Position numbers and translations under genes: made by a program
The notes under the pieces: model-generated
Database searches by the model: none
What the model was told of the DNA's origin: nothing
Seen by the model: the letters and a program-made list of their open reading frames with translations, nothing else
From: a virus
Lineage: Duplodnaviria; Caudoviricetes
Direction: 5' to 3' (one strand)
IMG/VR virus record: IMGVR_UViG_3300012808_000018
Coordinates: 1 to 41,403 of that record
DNA: 41,403 nt
Shown here: piece by piece, positions 8,378 through 17,496 of the stretch
Layout of the letters: every line of letters starts with the position of its first letter
Numbering within the stretch: position 1 is the first letter of the stretch

Positions 8378-11137
8378 TTAAAGATTGCCTGCTAATATTG
8401 CCCTTATCTTGCCATACATACCTCTGGCAAGTTGTCTGTAGCCACTTTGCTGGGGGTGGATGCCGTCAGTATATCTCCGAACTGTCTGCGTCACATAGTC
8501 ATTCACCGGTTCGTCGACAAACTGATAACTGTTAATCCTATCGATGTACGCACCGTGCATCACGGTAGTGACCCTTGGATGGTACTTCCCGTTGTCGAAA
8601 ACTTCAATGTACTTTTGGTTAAGTTTTGAGATAGACCTTTTGAAAATTGTGGCACTCCTGTCTCCTATATGTAGCTCTGGTGCACCGATCGCACAAAGCC
8701 CCACAATAAACTTTGCATTTGGGAAACCGCGATCTGCGCTAAAGAATGCATCAATAAAGATCTTTGCATAGGCTATAATTTCGTCGATCTCTGCATCGGT
8801 TGCTACAACAATACCCTGACCCACATCGTTAGTGCCCAATGGCATAGAAAATATATCAATCTCCTTCCTAGTGAGGTCCGGATAATTTGTCTGCATGTAT
8901 TGCTGAAAATTTAGCAACCCGCTGAACATAAAGGCATTTGTCTTGCCCTGATAAGGTGAATTTTCGTATTCTGGATTTACATACTGCTTCCAGCCCCAGC
9001 TTCCCCTAGCTTCGTGTTTACCGCCAACGCTCCCCCTGGTGCCTATCTGTATAAACTTGTGATCGCCATCTTCGTCAAGAAGCCTATACAATTCCGTCGG
9101 ATAATTTTGGTTTTCAGCTATGGAATCACCGCTAGCACATATCATTTTCTCCGAAATCCCATCGCCAACCGACCTGGAAACAGGTCTCACGATAAGCCTT
9201 TTTTCTTCCAATCGGTTCATTTTTCGATCGAACAAGGAGTAGGTAAGTGCATTATTTGTTGAAGCTGGAACTGGAACGTGCCGGATACCATTCCCGCGTC
9301 TAAGGAAGTTCGCTGCTGAATCGTTGCCCGTAACCACCATCGTGCCGCCGTTTGATTCCGGGTTGAGATTGGAGAAATCAAAGAAGATATCATTATTGCG
9401 GCCGATCACGCTGTCCAAGTATTCGGGGACAACGATTTTTGACTCGTTGTTTTCCGTGTTGAGCACGTTTATTTCCCTTTGAAGGACTTTTATTATTGAG
9501 TTAAGTTTTAACCGTAGACGATAGGAATTCATGTTTGCCAGCGTGCTCGCACAAAGCCGAAGGTAATTTGCTCCTGCTGGAAACATAATTGGTTCGTTAT
9601 TCCAAGTGGTAGCGCCACTAGCTGGAAGTGGAATACCGGAGATGTAACCGGCCTCTGATTTGTCCCTATAAAACGAAATCCGATGTGCGCCTGCGCTACT
9701 GGCTCCCGATCCTCCGGAAAACAGCGCATAGTCGGCTGATGAACATGGAATAAAATCTGAATATGTCCAGTTACTTGCGGTCATGAGCTTACCATTGCTC
9801 GAGGATATATACTTCCCTACGGTAAACTTTGAAGGGGAAAAAAGAAAATAGTCCAAGATCAGGTTGAGATCAAGGTTGCTCATCAGTTTGAAGAGACTTT
9901 TAAAATATACCTTGGCAGAAGTTTTTAGAACGGATGTTAAGGTAACGCGGGCATAGTTTGCTCCGGAAGGCTTTACAAAATTTTCCTTCCAGTAGGTTGT
10001 TTGCGTATTTATTACGGTGCTCGAAATAAATGTAGTCGCATCCGGACTAGCATACCAAGCAACTGCACTGAGGTTGATCTGTGCCAACACCCGAGCCGAA
10101 TACTGGAGTGCATCATCCGGAACAAAAATAAAATCACTTATCGACCAAGCACTGTTCGCAGTTGCCACCCCCAAGGTATTGAGGTAATAACCATCGGTCC
10201 ATTTGTTGATAGAAGCTTCGGTGACCGGCTCTTTTGCTAATTGCCCGGACACAACATCAGATACCATGAAATAGGAGGTGATCACTCCTGCAGTCTGAAT
10301 ATTTGACAAACGGTATCCTACACTTCCTACAGGAACATCAACCACTACCGGTGAAGTAGTAGTAGGTATCTGGAGGCCGGAAATGAATGCGCCGGCAAGA
10401 TCATAAAACGCAATATTATTTTGAACGGATCCGTACGAAATGTTTCCTTCAAGTACTATCTTTTTGACCGAATCTGCTATAGATATCTGATTTGTCGATT
10501 GATATCCCTGTAGTGAAGATTGGCCGCCGCTAAGGTTTATGTAAATTCCGCTTGCCCAATTAACAGCTGTACTTGGCAAGATCTTAGTACTGTCTTTAAG
10601 CTCCGATTTGCTTGCGAGATTACTGGTGTCCGTAGTTTTAAGTATCCATTTGTTACTCACACCAGGAATATCTGCGGCACCGGCTGTCTGATTTGCCGCG
10701 ATAGACCAAAGCTTCCCCTGATACAAAACATACTGATCTCCCGTATTAACCCATACATACGTTTTACTGCTATCCCAGTCACCTAGATTAGCATCTTTAC
10801 CATTGGTGCCATTTGTACCATTGGTACCGTCGGTACCCTTAGGCAGATCGCCCAGATCTAGAATAGCGCCAAAAGTGTTTTCCCACCACCATAGCCATCT
10901 TTTTCCCTTTACAACTTCAACATCGTTTCCATTTAATTTATACCAGCCAGGTGAGAGTTCCCTCTTGCGTGTAAAACCTGCGGGTCCATTCGGGATTATT
11001 TTTGGGTTGGCCTGTGTTCCGCCCAAAAGTGGCTGCATTTCTACGGCAGCTGCCATAGTTGCCTCAGTCACTTTCAGCATCATATTCTGCAGGGACATGG
11101 GCCCTGCATAAATTCGTACTTGTATTCCTTCTGCCAT
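8378..11137 (-). CDS. Tail spike/fibre with collagen-like linker, repeated beta domains and C-terminal SGNH/GDSL esterase
   Basis: GTDGTNGTNGTNGKD triplets; CBM5/12-like WDSSKTY..YVLYQGKLW; SGNH blocks GDSI, GTND, DGIHP. Confidence 0.75.
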   Translation of the reverse strand: MAEGIQVRIYAGPMSLQNMMLKVTEATMAAAVEMQPLLGGTQANPKIIPNGPAGFTRKRELSPGWYKLNGNDVEVVKGKRWLWWWENTFGAILDLGDLPKGTDGTNGTNGTNGKDANLGDWDSSKTYVWVNTGDQYVLYQGKLWSIAANQTAGAADIPGVSNKWILKTTDTSNLASKSELKDSTKILPSTAVNWASGIYINLSGGQSSLQGYQSTNQISIADSVKKIVLEGNISYGSVQNNIAFYDLAGAFISGLQIPTTTSPVVVDVPVGSVGYRLSNIQTAGVITSYFMVSDVVSGQLAKEPVTEASINKWTDGYYLNTLGVATANSAWSISDFIFVPDDALQYSARVLAQINLSAVAWYASPDATTFISSTVINTQTTYWKENFVKPSGANYARVTLTSVLKTSAKVYFKSLFKLMSNLDLNLILDYFLFSPSKFTVGKYISSSNGKLMTASNWTYSDFIPCSSADYALFSGGSGASSAGAHRISFYRDKSEAGYISGIPLPASGATTWNNEPIMFPAGANYLRLCASTLANMNSYRLRLKLNSIIKVLQREINVLNTENNESKIVVPEYLDSVIGRNNDIFFDFSNLNPESNGGTMVVTGNDSAANFLRRGNGIRHVPVPASTNNALTYSLFDRKMNRLEEKRLIVRPVSRSVGDGISEKMICASGDSIAENQNYPTELYRLLDEDGDHKFIQIGTRGSVGGKHEARGSWGWKQYVNPEYENSPYQGKTNAFMFSGLLNFQQYMQTNYPDLTRKEIDIFSMPLGTNDVGQGIVVATDAEIDEIIAYAKIFIDAFFSADRGFPNAKFIVGLCAIGAPELHIGDRSATIFKRSISKLNQKYIEVFDNGKYHPRVTTVMHGAYIDRINSYQFVDEPVNDYVTQTVRRYTDGIHPQQSGYRQLARGMYGKIRAILAGNL

Positions 11138-11147
11138 AAAATTTAGA

Positions 11148-11504
11148 TTATCTAGTTATTACTCCTGTTAATACCATTTGCCCGCGCACGTATGTGTAAC
11201 GCTTCCCGGCCTTCACGACAAGTACGTCGTAGTGGTATAGGCCTGGGACTAACTTTAGAGTGTTTTTCCCGAAGTTCATGTACATAGTATTGCTTTCTGC
11301 CCTAATTCCTCCGTTTGCCAATGTCAGGGAGAGATCTGGCTCTCCGGAATAGGATGGATCTCGACGAAAATCGACCCGTATCTCCTCCGCGCCCTGCAGA
11401 ACGAAGGGTTCGCCATTAACGCGCCAGTCACTCAAAAAATGGGATTCATCGACTCCCTGAATCAGATCAAAATTGTATTCACCGATATCTTGAAAATAGT
11501 CCAT
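11148..11504 (-). CDS. Putative BppU-like baseplate / tail-fibre adaptor protein
   Basis: 118 aa beta protein with N-terminal 'LIQG' and C-terminal 'GLYHYDV...YVRG' pattern; directly upstream of the spike. Confidence 0.55.
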   Translation of the reverse strand: MDYFQDIGEYNFDLIQGVDESHFLSDWRVNGEPFVLQGAEEIRVDFRRDPSYSGEPDLSLTLANGGIRAESNTMYMNFGKNTLKLVPGLYHYDVLVVKAGKRYTYVRGQMVLTGVITR

Positions 11505-11506
11505 TG

Positions 11507-13132
11507 CTATAATTTATTGTTGTTCCATAATTCCTCCAGATGTCCGCCGGTAATTTCGAAGGAAAGCGCGTGAAGGTTCTCCCCATCTGTATGTTCCTCT
11601 ATAGTAGTACTTGCAAGATTGATGGGCCACCACTGGCCATCTATGAATGCGTACTTCTCACGGCTTAAAAAGAAATCGCGCAACGCATGGATCGCTTCGC
11701 GGCTCTTGAAGCCGGTACTGATCTTTTCCTTATTGCGAATTGCTATGTCGAAGTCGATATCGGTACTGTTTTGCAGCACAAAATCCTTGATCTGCATCAG
11801 ACGAGCCGTACTTTTCTCAATGTCGTAGCTAGTCACCTTGCGCCCATATGTATATAAGGTCTCATAGGATCCATAGGAATTTTGAAAAAGGAAAACGCGT
11901 GAATAATCGAGATATCTATCATCGATCACATATTTCATTCGCGTACTCACGGGGATACCGTTTTGGCGTAACTCTACACTGTATGCGACTACATTATACT
12001 CGGGATAATAGGTGTTAACTTCTAGAGCCTCCATATCGACCGGCACAATGATCTTTTGAAATTTTGCGACGTCCGGAACTGGCAAGTTTACTACCCAACG
12101 CGTGTCGTTGTCGTACTCAATATCCAATCGCAAAGTAACGTTCTGAAGGTTCGCGACGAGGTTTATCCAACTTAGCCAAAGCTGCTGTGCTGGCAAGATC
12201 TTTTGGGATCGTTCGGATGATGGCAGCAACCAATCTGTAAGCCCTTCGTTGACAAGAGCCTGATTCGCTGTAATGCCTATTCGGTTTTTCGAAACACCAC
12301 CCAGTACTGCCCATTTTTCGGCCGTAAACTGAAAGCCGGCGGTTTGCTGATTTGCCCCAGAAACCTCTGTGTAATTGATAAAATAGGAGACCACGCCCTT
12401 ACCAAATGAAATTGCTGAACTATCAAAGTCCGGACGGTCCATTCCGTGCAGCTCCAGCAGCGAGCTGATCGGTAGGGAAACGTCCCAACGTACAATTCCG
12501 TTACGATCGGCAGGCATGGACGATTCGATTAGCTTAGTGGCCATACCATCAACAACAGCAAATAGTTCCGCGTAAACCCGAAGATTTTCGGTGTATGCCG
12601 GCTGAGCACCGGCTTCTTTATAAAGGATGATATTGGTATAGTTCGTGCTCCCGCCAATCTGCGACACGACGTCTATATGGGAATCTTCGGTCTTTTCCCT
12701 TGCAAGAAATTCTATACAGGCGGCCGAATAGTCTATCAACCCTCCGCCGCCTACCGATCCCATCTGTATCGGTCCCGGAACAATGGAAAGAACGTATCGC
12801 GAACGTATGTTGAAATTTTTCGATAGGGCATCCATCACCCGCGCGATCCAGGCAGAGGCTGTTTCGGACGAAGATTTTCGAGGCAGCTCGTTCTTAGATG
12901 GATCAAAAACCGTCTTATAGGTAAACACCTCCCGGATGTTGTAATAATCGATGATTAGCAATTGTCCCTCGGCAGGGCCGTTGTACCCTTCTAACGTAGA
13001 TGCCGTAAAGAACAGCCAGCCGCAAAAATTTGAGCCTGGATCCGTCACTACATTGTCCGACTGCCATTCAAAAAGCATCGGGTTACGGGAAAAGCTAAGC
13101 TCGTCTGGTTGACGGATCAATGTTACTGCCAT
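11507..13132 (-). CDS. Putative tail (distal tail/baseplate) structural protein
   Basis: 541 aa; C-terminal 'FLFQNSYGSYETL...STGF' pattern recalled from Bacteroidota siphovirus tail proteins; tail-module position. Confidence 0.55.
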   Translation of the reverse strand: MAVTLIRQPDELSFSRNPMLFEWQSDNVVTDPGSNFCGWLFFTASTLEGYNGPAEGQLLIIDYYNIREVFTYKTVFDPSKNELPRKSSSETASAWIARVMDALSKNFNIRSRYVLSIVPGPIQMGSVGGGGLIDYSAACIEFLAREKTEDSHIDVVSQIGGSTNYTNIILYKEAGAQPAYTENLRVYAELFAVVDGMATKLIESSMPADRNGIVRWDVSLPISSLLELHGMDRPDFDSSAISFGKGVVSYFINYTEVSGANQQTAGFQFTAEKWAVLGGVSKNRIGITANQALVNEGLTDWLLPSSERSQKILPAQQLWLSWINLVANLQNVTLRLDIEYDNDTRWVVNLPVPDVAKFQKIIVPVDMEALEVNTYYPEYNVVAYSVELRQNGIPVSTRMKYVIDDRYLDYSRVFLFQNSYGSYETLYTYGRKVTSYDIEKSTARLMQIKDFVLQNSTDIDFDIAIRNKEKISTGFKSREAIHALRDFFLSREKYAFIDGQWWPINLASTTIEEHTDGENLHALSFEITGGHLEELWNNNKL

Positions 13133-13136
13133 GATC

Positions 13137-13171
13137 CAAAAATCAACACTACAGGGTGTTTAGAAACGACA
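13137..13171 (-). promoter_or_regulatory. Putative late promoter (TGTCGTTT-N19-GATTTTTG), 4 nt before ATG
   Basis: Copy of the six-fold repeated motif. Confidence 0.72.
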
Positions 13172-13207
13172 GTATATAAATCATAACTTTACTCAAATTA
13201 ATACTAT

Positions 13208-13855
13208 ATGGACACTGAAAATATTAAACCCTTAAATGCCGAGCAAAAGAAACTATTGACCGATAAAATCAATGGATTCGGGTTTATACTGACCGAAGCG
13301 ATGCGACATGTGAATGTATGCTTATACATGAATCATTGGGCGAATTATCCGGAGCTCACGGAGGATGAGCTTCATATGATATATTTTTCACATTACAAAC
13401 TTGCAGTTATTGATGCAGCTAAATTGATAAGTTTTAAAAGGACTGATAGTATTGAAAAGCCAAGAGGGAAAAGCGACAACGACATTCATGCAATCTATAG
13501 TATATTTCATGCGGTGGATAACCTCAAGTCGGCTAACAAATCCTCTTATTTAATGAACGAGATGACCGAGCTAAAGAAAGAACTGAGCAACTGGGACGAA
13601 TTCTCGGAAGATGTTCTTAAATTAAGGAATGAATGGTTTGCTCACTTCGGAAAAGAGAGCAGAAGGGAGAAAACCGAATTTATAAGGGCAGACTACCTTA
13701 ATAACTATCTAGTTTTGCTTAACGAATTTATTAAGTTGCTTAATGCGGAATTTTCACTGGGATTTTCAGAATTAATGGATGAAGATCACGAATTTTTCGT
13801 TAGAATTTACAGAAAGGTCTTTGGACCGACAGACAACTTTCCATTTGGAAATTAA
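13208..13855 (+). CDS. HEPN-motif protein (AbiU2-like), moron / putative abortive-infection RNase
   Basis: 215 aa all-helical protein with RNEWFAH motif (nt 13625-13645); opposite strand to the late module; visibly AT-richer than its flanks. Confidence 0.65.
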   Translation: MDTENIKPLNAEQKKLLTDKINGFGFILTEAMRHVNVCLYMNHWANYPELTEDELHMIYFSHYKLAVIDAAKLISFKRTDSIEKPRGKSDNDIHAIYSIFHAVDNLKSANKSSYLMNEMTELKKELSNWDEFSEDVLKLRNEWFAHFGKESRREKTEFIRADYLNNYLVLLNEFIKLLNAEFSLGFSELMDEDHEFFVRIYRKVFGPTDNFPFGN

Positions 13856-14310
13856 AACGAAATGCCGTCCTTTAAGCTAAACTCTGCAAAATAGCCGTAG
13901 TGGTTTTCCCCTACAGGACCTATAGAATCGGAATTCCATGCGTTCGGATCAAATCCGTACAGTTTATTGGAATTCCGATTTTTTGTTAAAAAAGCGTACA
14001 ATCTATCAAGTACCTGCTCCGATTCGGTGAAGACCTGCAGCTTTGTTTCCTGATCGTCCGGCTGCACGTATTGCAGGGCCATGGCCAGTCCATCTTTCAG
14101 CCAGACAGAGCCCATTGCCGCATTGTGTCTGATATTCTTGGAGTATGGTGGCACTAGTAAGATCATACGATCGGTTATACTGGAGAGAAGCGGCACGGCA
14201 TCTTCATAGCTAACAGAAAAGACGGCAGGGTTACGCTTTTCGTGGTGCTTGAGAGCGGGATCAGCGGCTGCAAATTCCTTTATCAGATTGATATAAGCGA
14301 GTAGGTTCAT
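13852..14310 (-). CDS. Putative tail terminator / completion protein
   Basis: 152 aa; size, position and C-terminal 'IGPVGENHYGY' pattern. Confidence 0.45.
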   Translation of the reverse strand: MNLLAYINLIKEFAAADPALKHHEKRNPAVFSVSYEDAVPLLSSITDRMILLVPPYSKNIRHNAAMGSVWLKDGLAMALQYVQPDDQETKLQVFTESEQVLDRLYAFLTKNRNSNKLYGFDPNAWNSDSIGPVGENHYGYFAEFSLKDGISF

Positions 14311-14318
14311 TTGTCGTG

Positions 14319-15152
14319 CTATTTTTTACTGTTTCTTTTCATATCCCGGAACTTGATCTGTGAGCGCTCGAGGCTCATGAGCGTAGTGGCAAGGAACTCA
14401 TCCTCCAATGTTTCGGCGGTCCTGCCTTTTTCACCCAGCAGATCATCAAAAACACCAAGCCAGCCGTAATTGGGCACCTGTTGGTTTCCTAAAGGTGTAT
14501 TCTTGGCCCGTTTCTTTGGAAAAACGTGCGGATAGTAGGATGCCAAGATGTTGCGCGCGCTCACGTAAAACAGGAAGATCCCGTCGCGGATCGCTAAATC
14601 TAGATCCGCAAAAACTTCCGCCCGCTGCTCGACTAGGTTACCGTTGAATTTCTCCCGGATATCGCCTCGATAATCAGGATTGTCCTTTTTATATTGGTTG
14701 CCCTTGCCTTTTGGTCGATATAGCGTCGCGATAAGCCTATCAAGTGCCTTTTCGTCCCTGTGCTGCCAGTAGGCGATGAAATGTGCTTCGGCGATACAAT
14801 ATTCCCCAAAGCGCAGGTTTCCGAGCTCTTCCTCCGGACCATAATAATCCACGCCATCGATTGAGAACTGGGGGATCTTGTTAAGGGAGAGATCCAGTTC
14901 ACCGAAAACCCAATGGATGTGCTGCAGGTGATAGGCAAGCTGCTCGTCGCTCATAAGCTTTACCCCGTCCCAGGCTCTGATCGTGAGCAGACAAAAAGAA
15001 CGCACAAGCTTATCGTACTCGTTCATCCGGTTTTCAGTCTTCAGATAGATCTGCGCCAAGTTCGGGTACTGCTCCTCGGGAACTTCGTTCCAGTTCTCCG
15101 GGATGTTAGCCGTGTAGACCTTTTTGCCGTCGGCTATTTGAAATTTTACCAT
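14319..15152 (-). CDS. Hypothetical protein, possible tail assembly chaperone
   Basis: 277 aa; IPENWNEV and LRFGEY motifs resemble chaperone-like phage proteins; late module. Confidence 0.45.
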   Translation of the reverse strand: MVKFQIADGKKVYTANIPENWNEVPEEQYPNLAQIYLKTENRMNEYDKLVRSFCLLTIRAWDGVKLMSDEQLAYHLQHIHWVFGELDLSLNKIPQFSIDGVDYYGPEEELGNLRFGEYCIAEAHFIAYWQHRDEKALDRLIATLYRPKGKGNQYKKDNPDYRGDIREKFNGNLVEQRAEVFADLDLAIRDGIFLFYVSARNILASYYPHVFPKKRAKNTPLGNQQVPNYGWLGVFDDLLGEKGRTAETLEDEFLATTLMSLERSQIKFRDMKRNSKK

Positions 15153-15646
15153 AGTTTCTGTAAACGCGATTTAACGTTGTATTTTTTAAGATAATGAGTG
15201 ACAACCAAAGTAGCAACGACTCCCACTGCCAAACCGATCCACAACAGGGAAAATCCTTGCGTTTTTGCTCCAGTATCGGTCACCTTGTTTTTTGCTATGT
15301 CGGTACCTTCCTCGACCTGTACCTCTTGTTTTTTTCTACCGCTGGAATCAACGGATCCGCTCTGCGATCCTTTTTTATTTCCTGCAGACACAAGCAGTGT
15401 TCCGTTTTCGCCTTCGGCCTTGATGTTCCCATCTTTATCCACGGTCAAGCTGCGAAATCCCTGCGCTTTCATCGCGTAGAGCTCTTCGCTTGAGCGTATA
15501 TCGTAGGTGCGTTTAAGATCGACCTTCGCATCGATGGTACCGGAACTGTCGCGATAGGCGGTGTACCGGATATCCTCGGAGGTCTTCCGGAACATGTTGC
15601 ACGAGGTGAGGATCATCACCATTAACAAAAAGTAGAGTTTTTTCAT
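15146..15646 (-). CDS. Lipoprotein with C-terminal TM helix (unimolecular spanin candidate)
   Basis: Lipobox MILTSC after a hydrophobic leader; C-terminal LLWIGLAVGVVATLVV helix; follows the lysozyme gene. Confidence 0.65.
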   Translation of the reverse strand: MKKLYFLLMVMILTSCNMFRKTSEDIRYTAYRDSSGTIDAKVDLKRTYDIRSSEELYAMKAQGFRSLTVDKDGNIKAEGENGTLLVSAGNKKGSQSGSVDSSGRKKQEVQVEEGTDIAKNKVTDTGAKTQGFSLLWIGLAVGVVATLVVTHYLKKYNVKSRLQKLW

Positions 15647-15648
15647 AG

Positions 15649-16110
15649 CTATAGCAGGTTAAATATCTGTGCTTCACGTTTTCGGCGATTGATGCGCTGC
15701 GCTGTGGTCCTTGTGCCGGCAGGCTCGCATCCGGCGATATCAAGCGCAGCCAAAAATGCAGCAGCTTCCGAGGTCTGCCCAGCTTCAATGAGATCGATCA
15801 GTCCACTTGTGTAGAAGAGCCCCCCTTTGATATCGTACACCAGGGAAACAAGTGCATCGAACTGGTTCTGTGTCAATCTGCACTTGATGTGGGAATTCAC
15901 CACGCGGATCGGATTGCGAAGCGAGTATTCAAGCAGCGCATCTGCCTGCTCGACAGAAACAAGCCGATCGCCCTCTTTAACAAGTGCGCCGCTTTCCCAA
16001 CGGATCGATCCGTAACCGATCATCCACACGCCATCCTTCCCCTGGTAGGCGTTCATGCGCAATGCGCTCCATTCCTTAATGAGCTTCAGCCCGCTTCTTG
16101 ATAGTTTCAT
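15649..16110 (-). CDS. GH24 phage lysozyme homologue, catalytic triad substituted
   Basis: GLKLIK..AY..GVWxIGYG, LTQNQFDALVS and RRKREA motifs; expected E/D/T positions are S/G/M. Confidence 0.8.
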   Translation of the reverse strand: MKLSRSGLKLIKEWSALRMNAYQGKDGVWMIGYGSIRWESGALVKEGDRLVSVEQADALLEYSLRNPIRVVNSHIKCRLTQNQFDALVSLVYDIKGGLFYTSGLIDLIEAGQTSEAAAFLAALDIAGCEPAGTRTTAQRINRRKREAQIFNLL

Positions 16111-16456
16111 AATTGGCCAATTTTAGTTCGTACTTCTGTTTCAGTCCCTCCAGATGCCGGATCGACAGTTGGCTCGCCGTCAGCTCCGCCCGCAGGGAAT
16201 TGTTTTCCTTCGTCGTGTCCGTCATGAGCACCATGTACTCTTTTTCGCGGCTAAGCGCGCTTAGAATCTGTTTGTTCAGGAAATCGATCTGGTTGCGCAG
16301 ATCTGCAATGACCTCACCAAGCGTATTGCGGACGGTGGCATCTACCGTGGCCACGTTCTGCCGTCTGGAGAACAGGCTCGTAACGGATGAGCTCACCACG
16401 CTCGAGCTGAGGATGGCCATTATCAACTGCACCAGAGAGAATTGATCGTTCATCAT
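16076..16456 (-). CDS. Holin-like / N-terminal TM plus coiled-coil protein
   Basis: Hydrophobic N-terminus followed by coiled coil; immediately upstream of the lysozyme. Confidence 0.5.
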   Translation of the reverse strand: MMNDQFSLVQLIMAILSSSVVSSSVTSLFSRRQNVATVDATVRNTLGEVIADLRNQIDFLNKQILSALSREKEYMVLMTDTTKENNSLRAELTASQLSIRHLEGLKQKYELKLANYETIKKRAEAH

Positions 16457-16458
16457 AT

Positions 16459-17496
16459 TTACATTGAAAAGATTTTACGTTCGCTGTTTGTGATCCTAAA
16501 GTTCATTGGGCTATCTTCCGGTTCGATCTCGCCGAACTCATCCGGATTTGCCTCGAGGTAGTTGCGCGCCTGTTCCAGGAACTCGTTTCCGTCCTTGGTC
16601 AATTGCTCGATCATCAGGTTTCTGTCGTCTGATCCCGGCACCCGCTTGCGCGAGTCCTTTAGGGTTTCGTAGTAGGTGTACAGATTGGCCTGCACGCCGA
16701 TATCGGACACGTCTATCAGCTTATCGACAATACCCTTGGCCACCGTTAAAAGCACGATGCCCGGTATCAGAAAATTGTCGATCAAGATCTTTTCCCTGTC
16801 GGAATAGTCCGCTTTTCCTTTCAGCCTAGAGAATATAGCAGGACTGATCAGGCGCTGCACCTCGAACTGCTCTATACGGTACATGATGTAACGGAGCGTA
16901 ACGAAAGTCATGTATGGATTGGTAAGATAGTACGACTGGCTGAACCGATCGGCCGATTTCACGAAGTACCGTTCCTGCTCCAGATAGTATTCCGACTGCT
17001 TCCAGTTCTCGAACAGGTCGATATTTGCGCTCAGGTACTCGAGCAGACTATCCATTGCCGCAAAACCATCACGCGCAACCTGGTATTTAAGATCATCGAT
17101 CTGCCACTGGAAGGCTGTTTTTTGGTTTTCGTTGGTCGATATACGCATGCCGTTATCACCGATCTGCATCTGCAACTGTCCCATACCGTTCATAAAGGCA
17201 ATATTTGCAACTGCATCCTGGATAAAAAGCAGCGGCTCATGATAGCGTTCGGGCGCGAGCGTGTACTGCGCGCCATCCGCGATAATTGTCGCCTTTTCCT
17301 CATCACTCAAAGTCTCCAGTGTGGCCAGCGCGTCGCGGTAGGCATCCGCTAGCTCCCGGAATAGCGCAGGCCCTAATGCGCGGACAAGATATTTTCTTTC
17401 TGCGCGGCGGATGTGTGATTTTATCCGCGTTATGGTAAACGAAGCGTTCGAGGTGAGGTAATTTTGCACCTCCTTGATATCGGAAAAGAAATTCAT
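16459..17496 (-). CDS. Putative head-tail adaptor (DUF6712-like)
   Basis: 345 aa directly after portal; two internally similar halves (AERKYLVRALGPALFREL / IEQFEVQRLISPAIFSRL). Confidence 0.55.
   Translation of the reverse strand: MNFFSDIKEVQNYLTSNASFTITRIKSHIRRAERKYLVRALGPALFRELADAYRDALATLETLSDEEKATIIADGAQYTLAPERYHEPLLFIQDAVANIAFMNGMGQLQMQIGDNGMRISTNENQKTAFQWQIDDLKYQVARDGFAAMDSLLEYLSANIDLFENWKQSEYYLEQERYFVKSADRFSQSYYLTNPYMTFVTLRYIMYRIEQFEVQRLISPAIFSRLKGKADYSDREKILIDNFLIPGIVLLTVAKGIVDKLIDVSDIGVQANLYTYYETLKDSRKRVPGSDDRNLMIEQLTKDGNEFLEQARNYLEANPDEFGEIEPEDSPMNFRITNSERKIFSM

Noticed and set aside
8378-11137. Diversity-generating retroelement or invertible tail-fibre cassette
   Set aside because: No reverse transcriptase, second recombinase or template/variable repeat pair was seen
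14319-15152. Programmed tail-chaperone frameshift
   Set aside because: The gene is not adjacent to the tape measure gene and I could not support a slippery site with an extended frame
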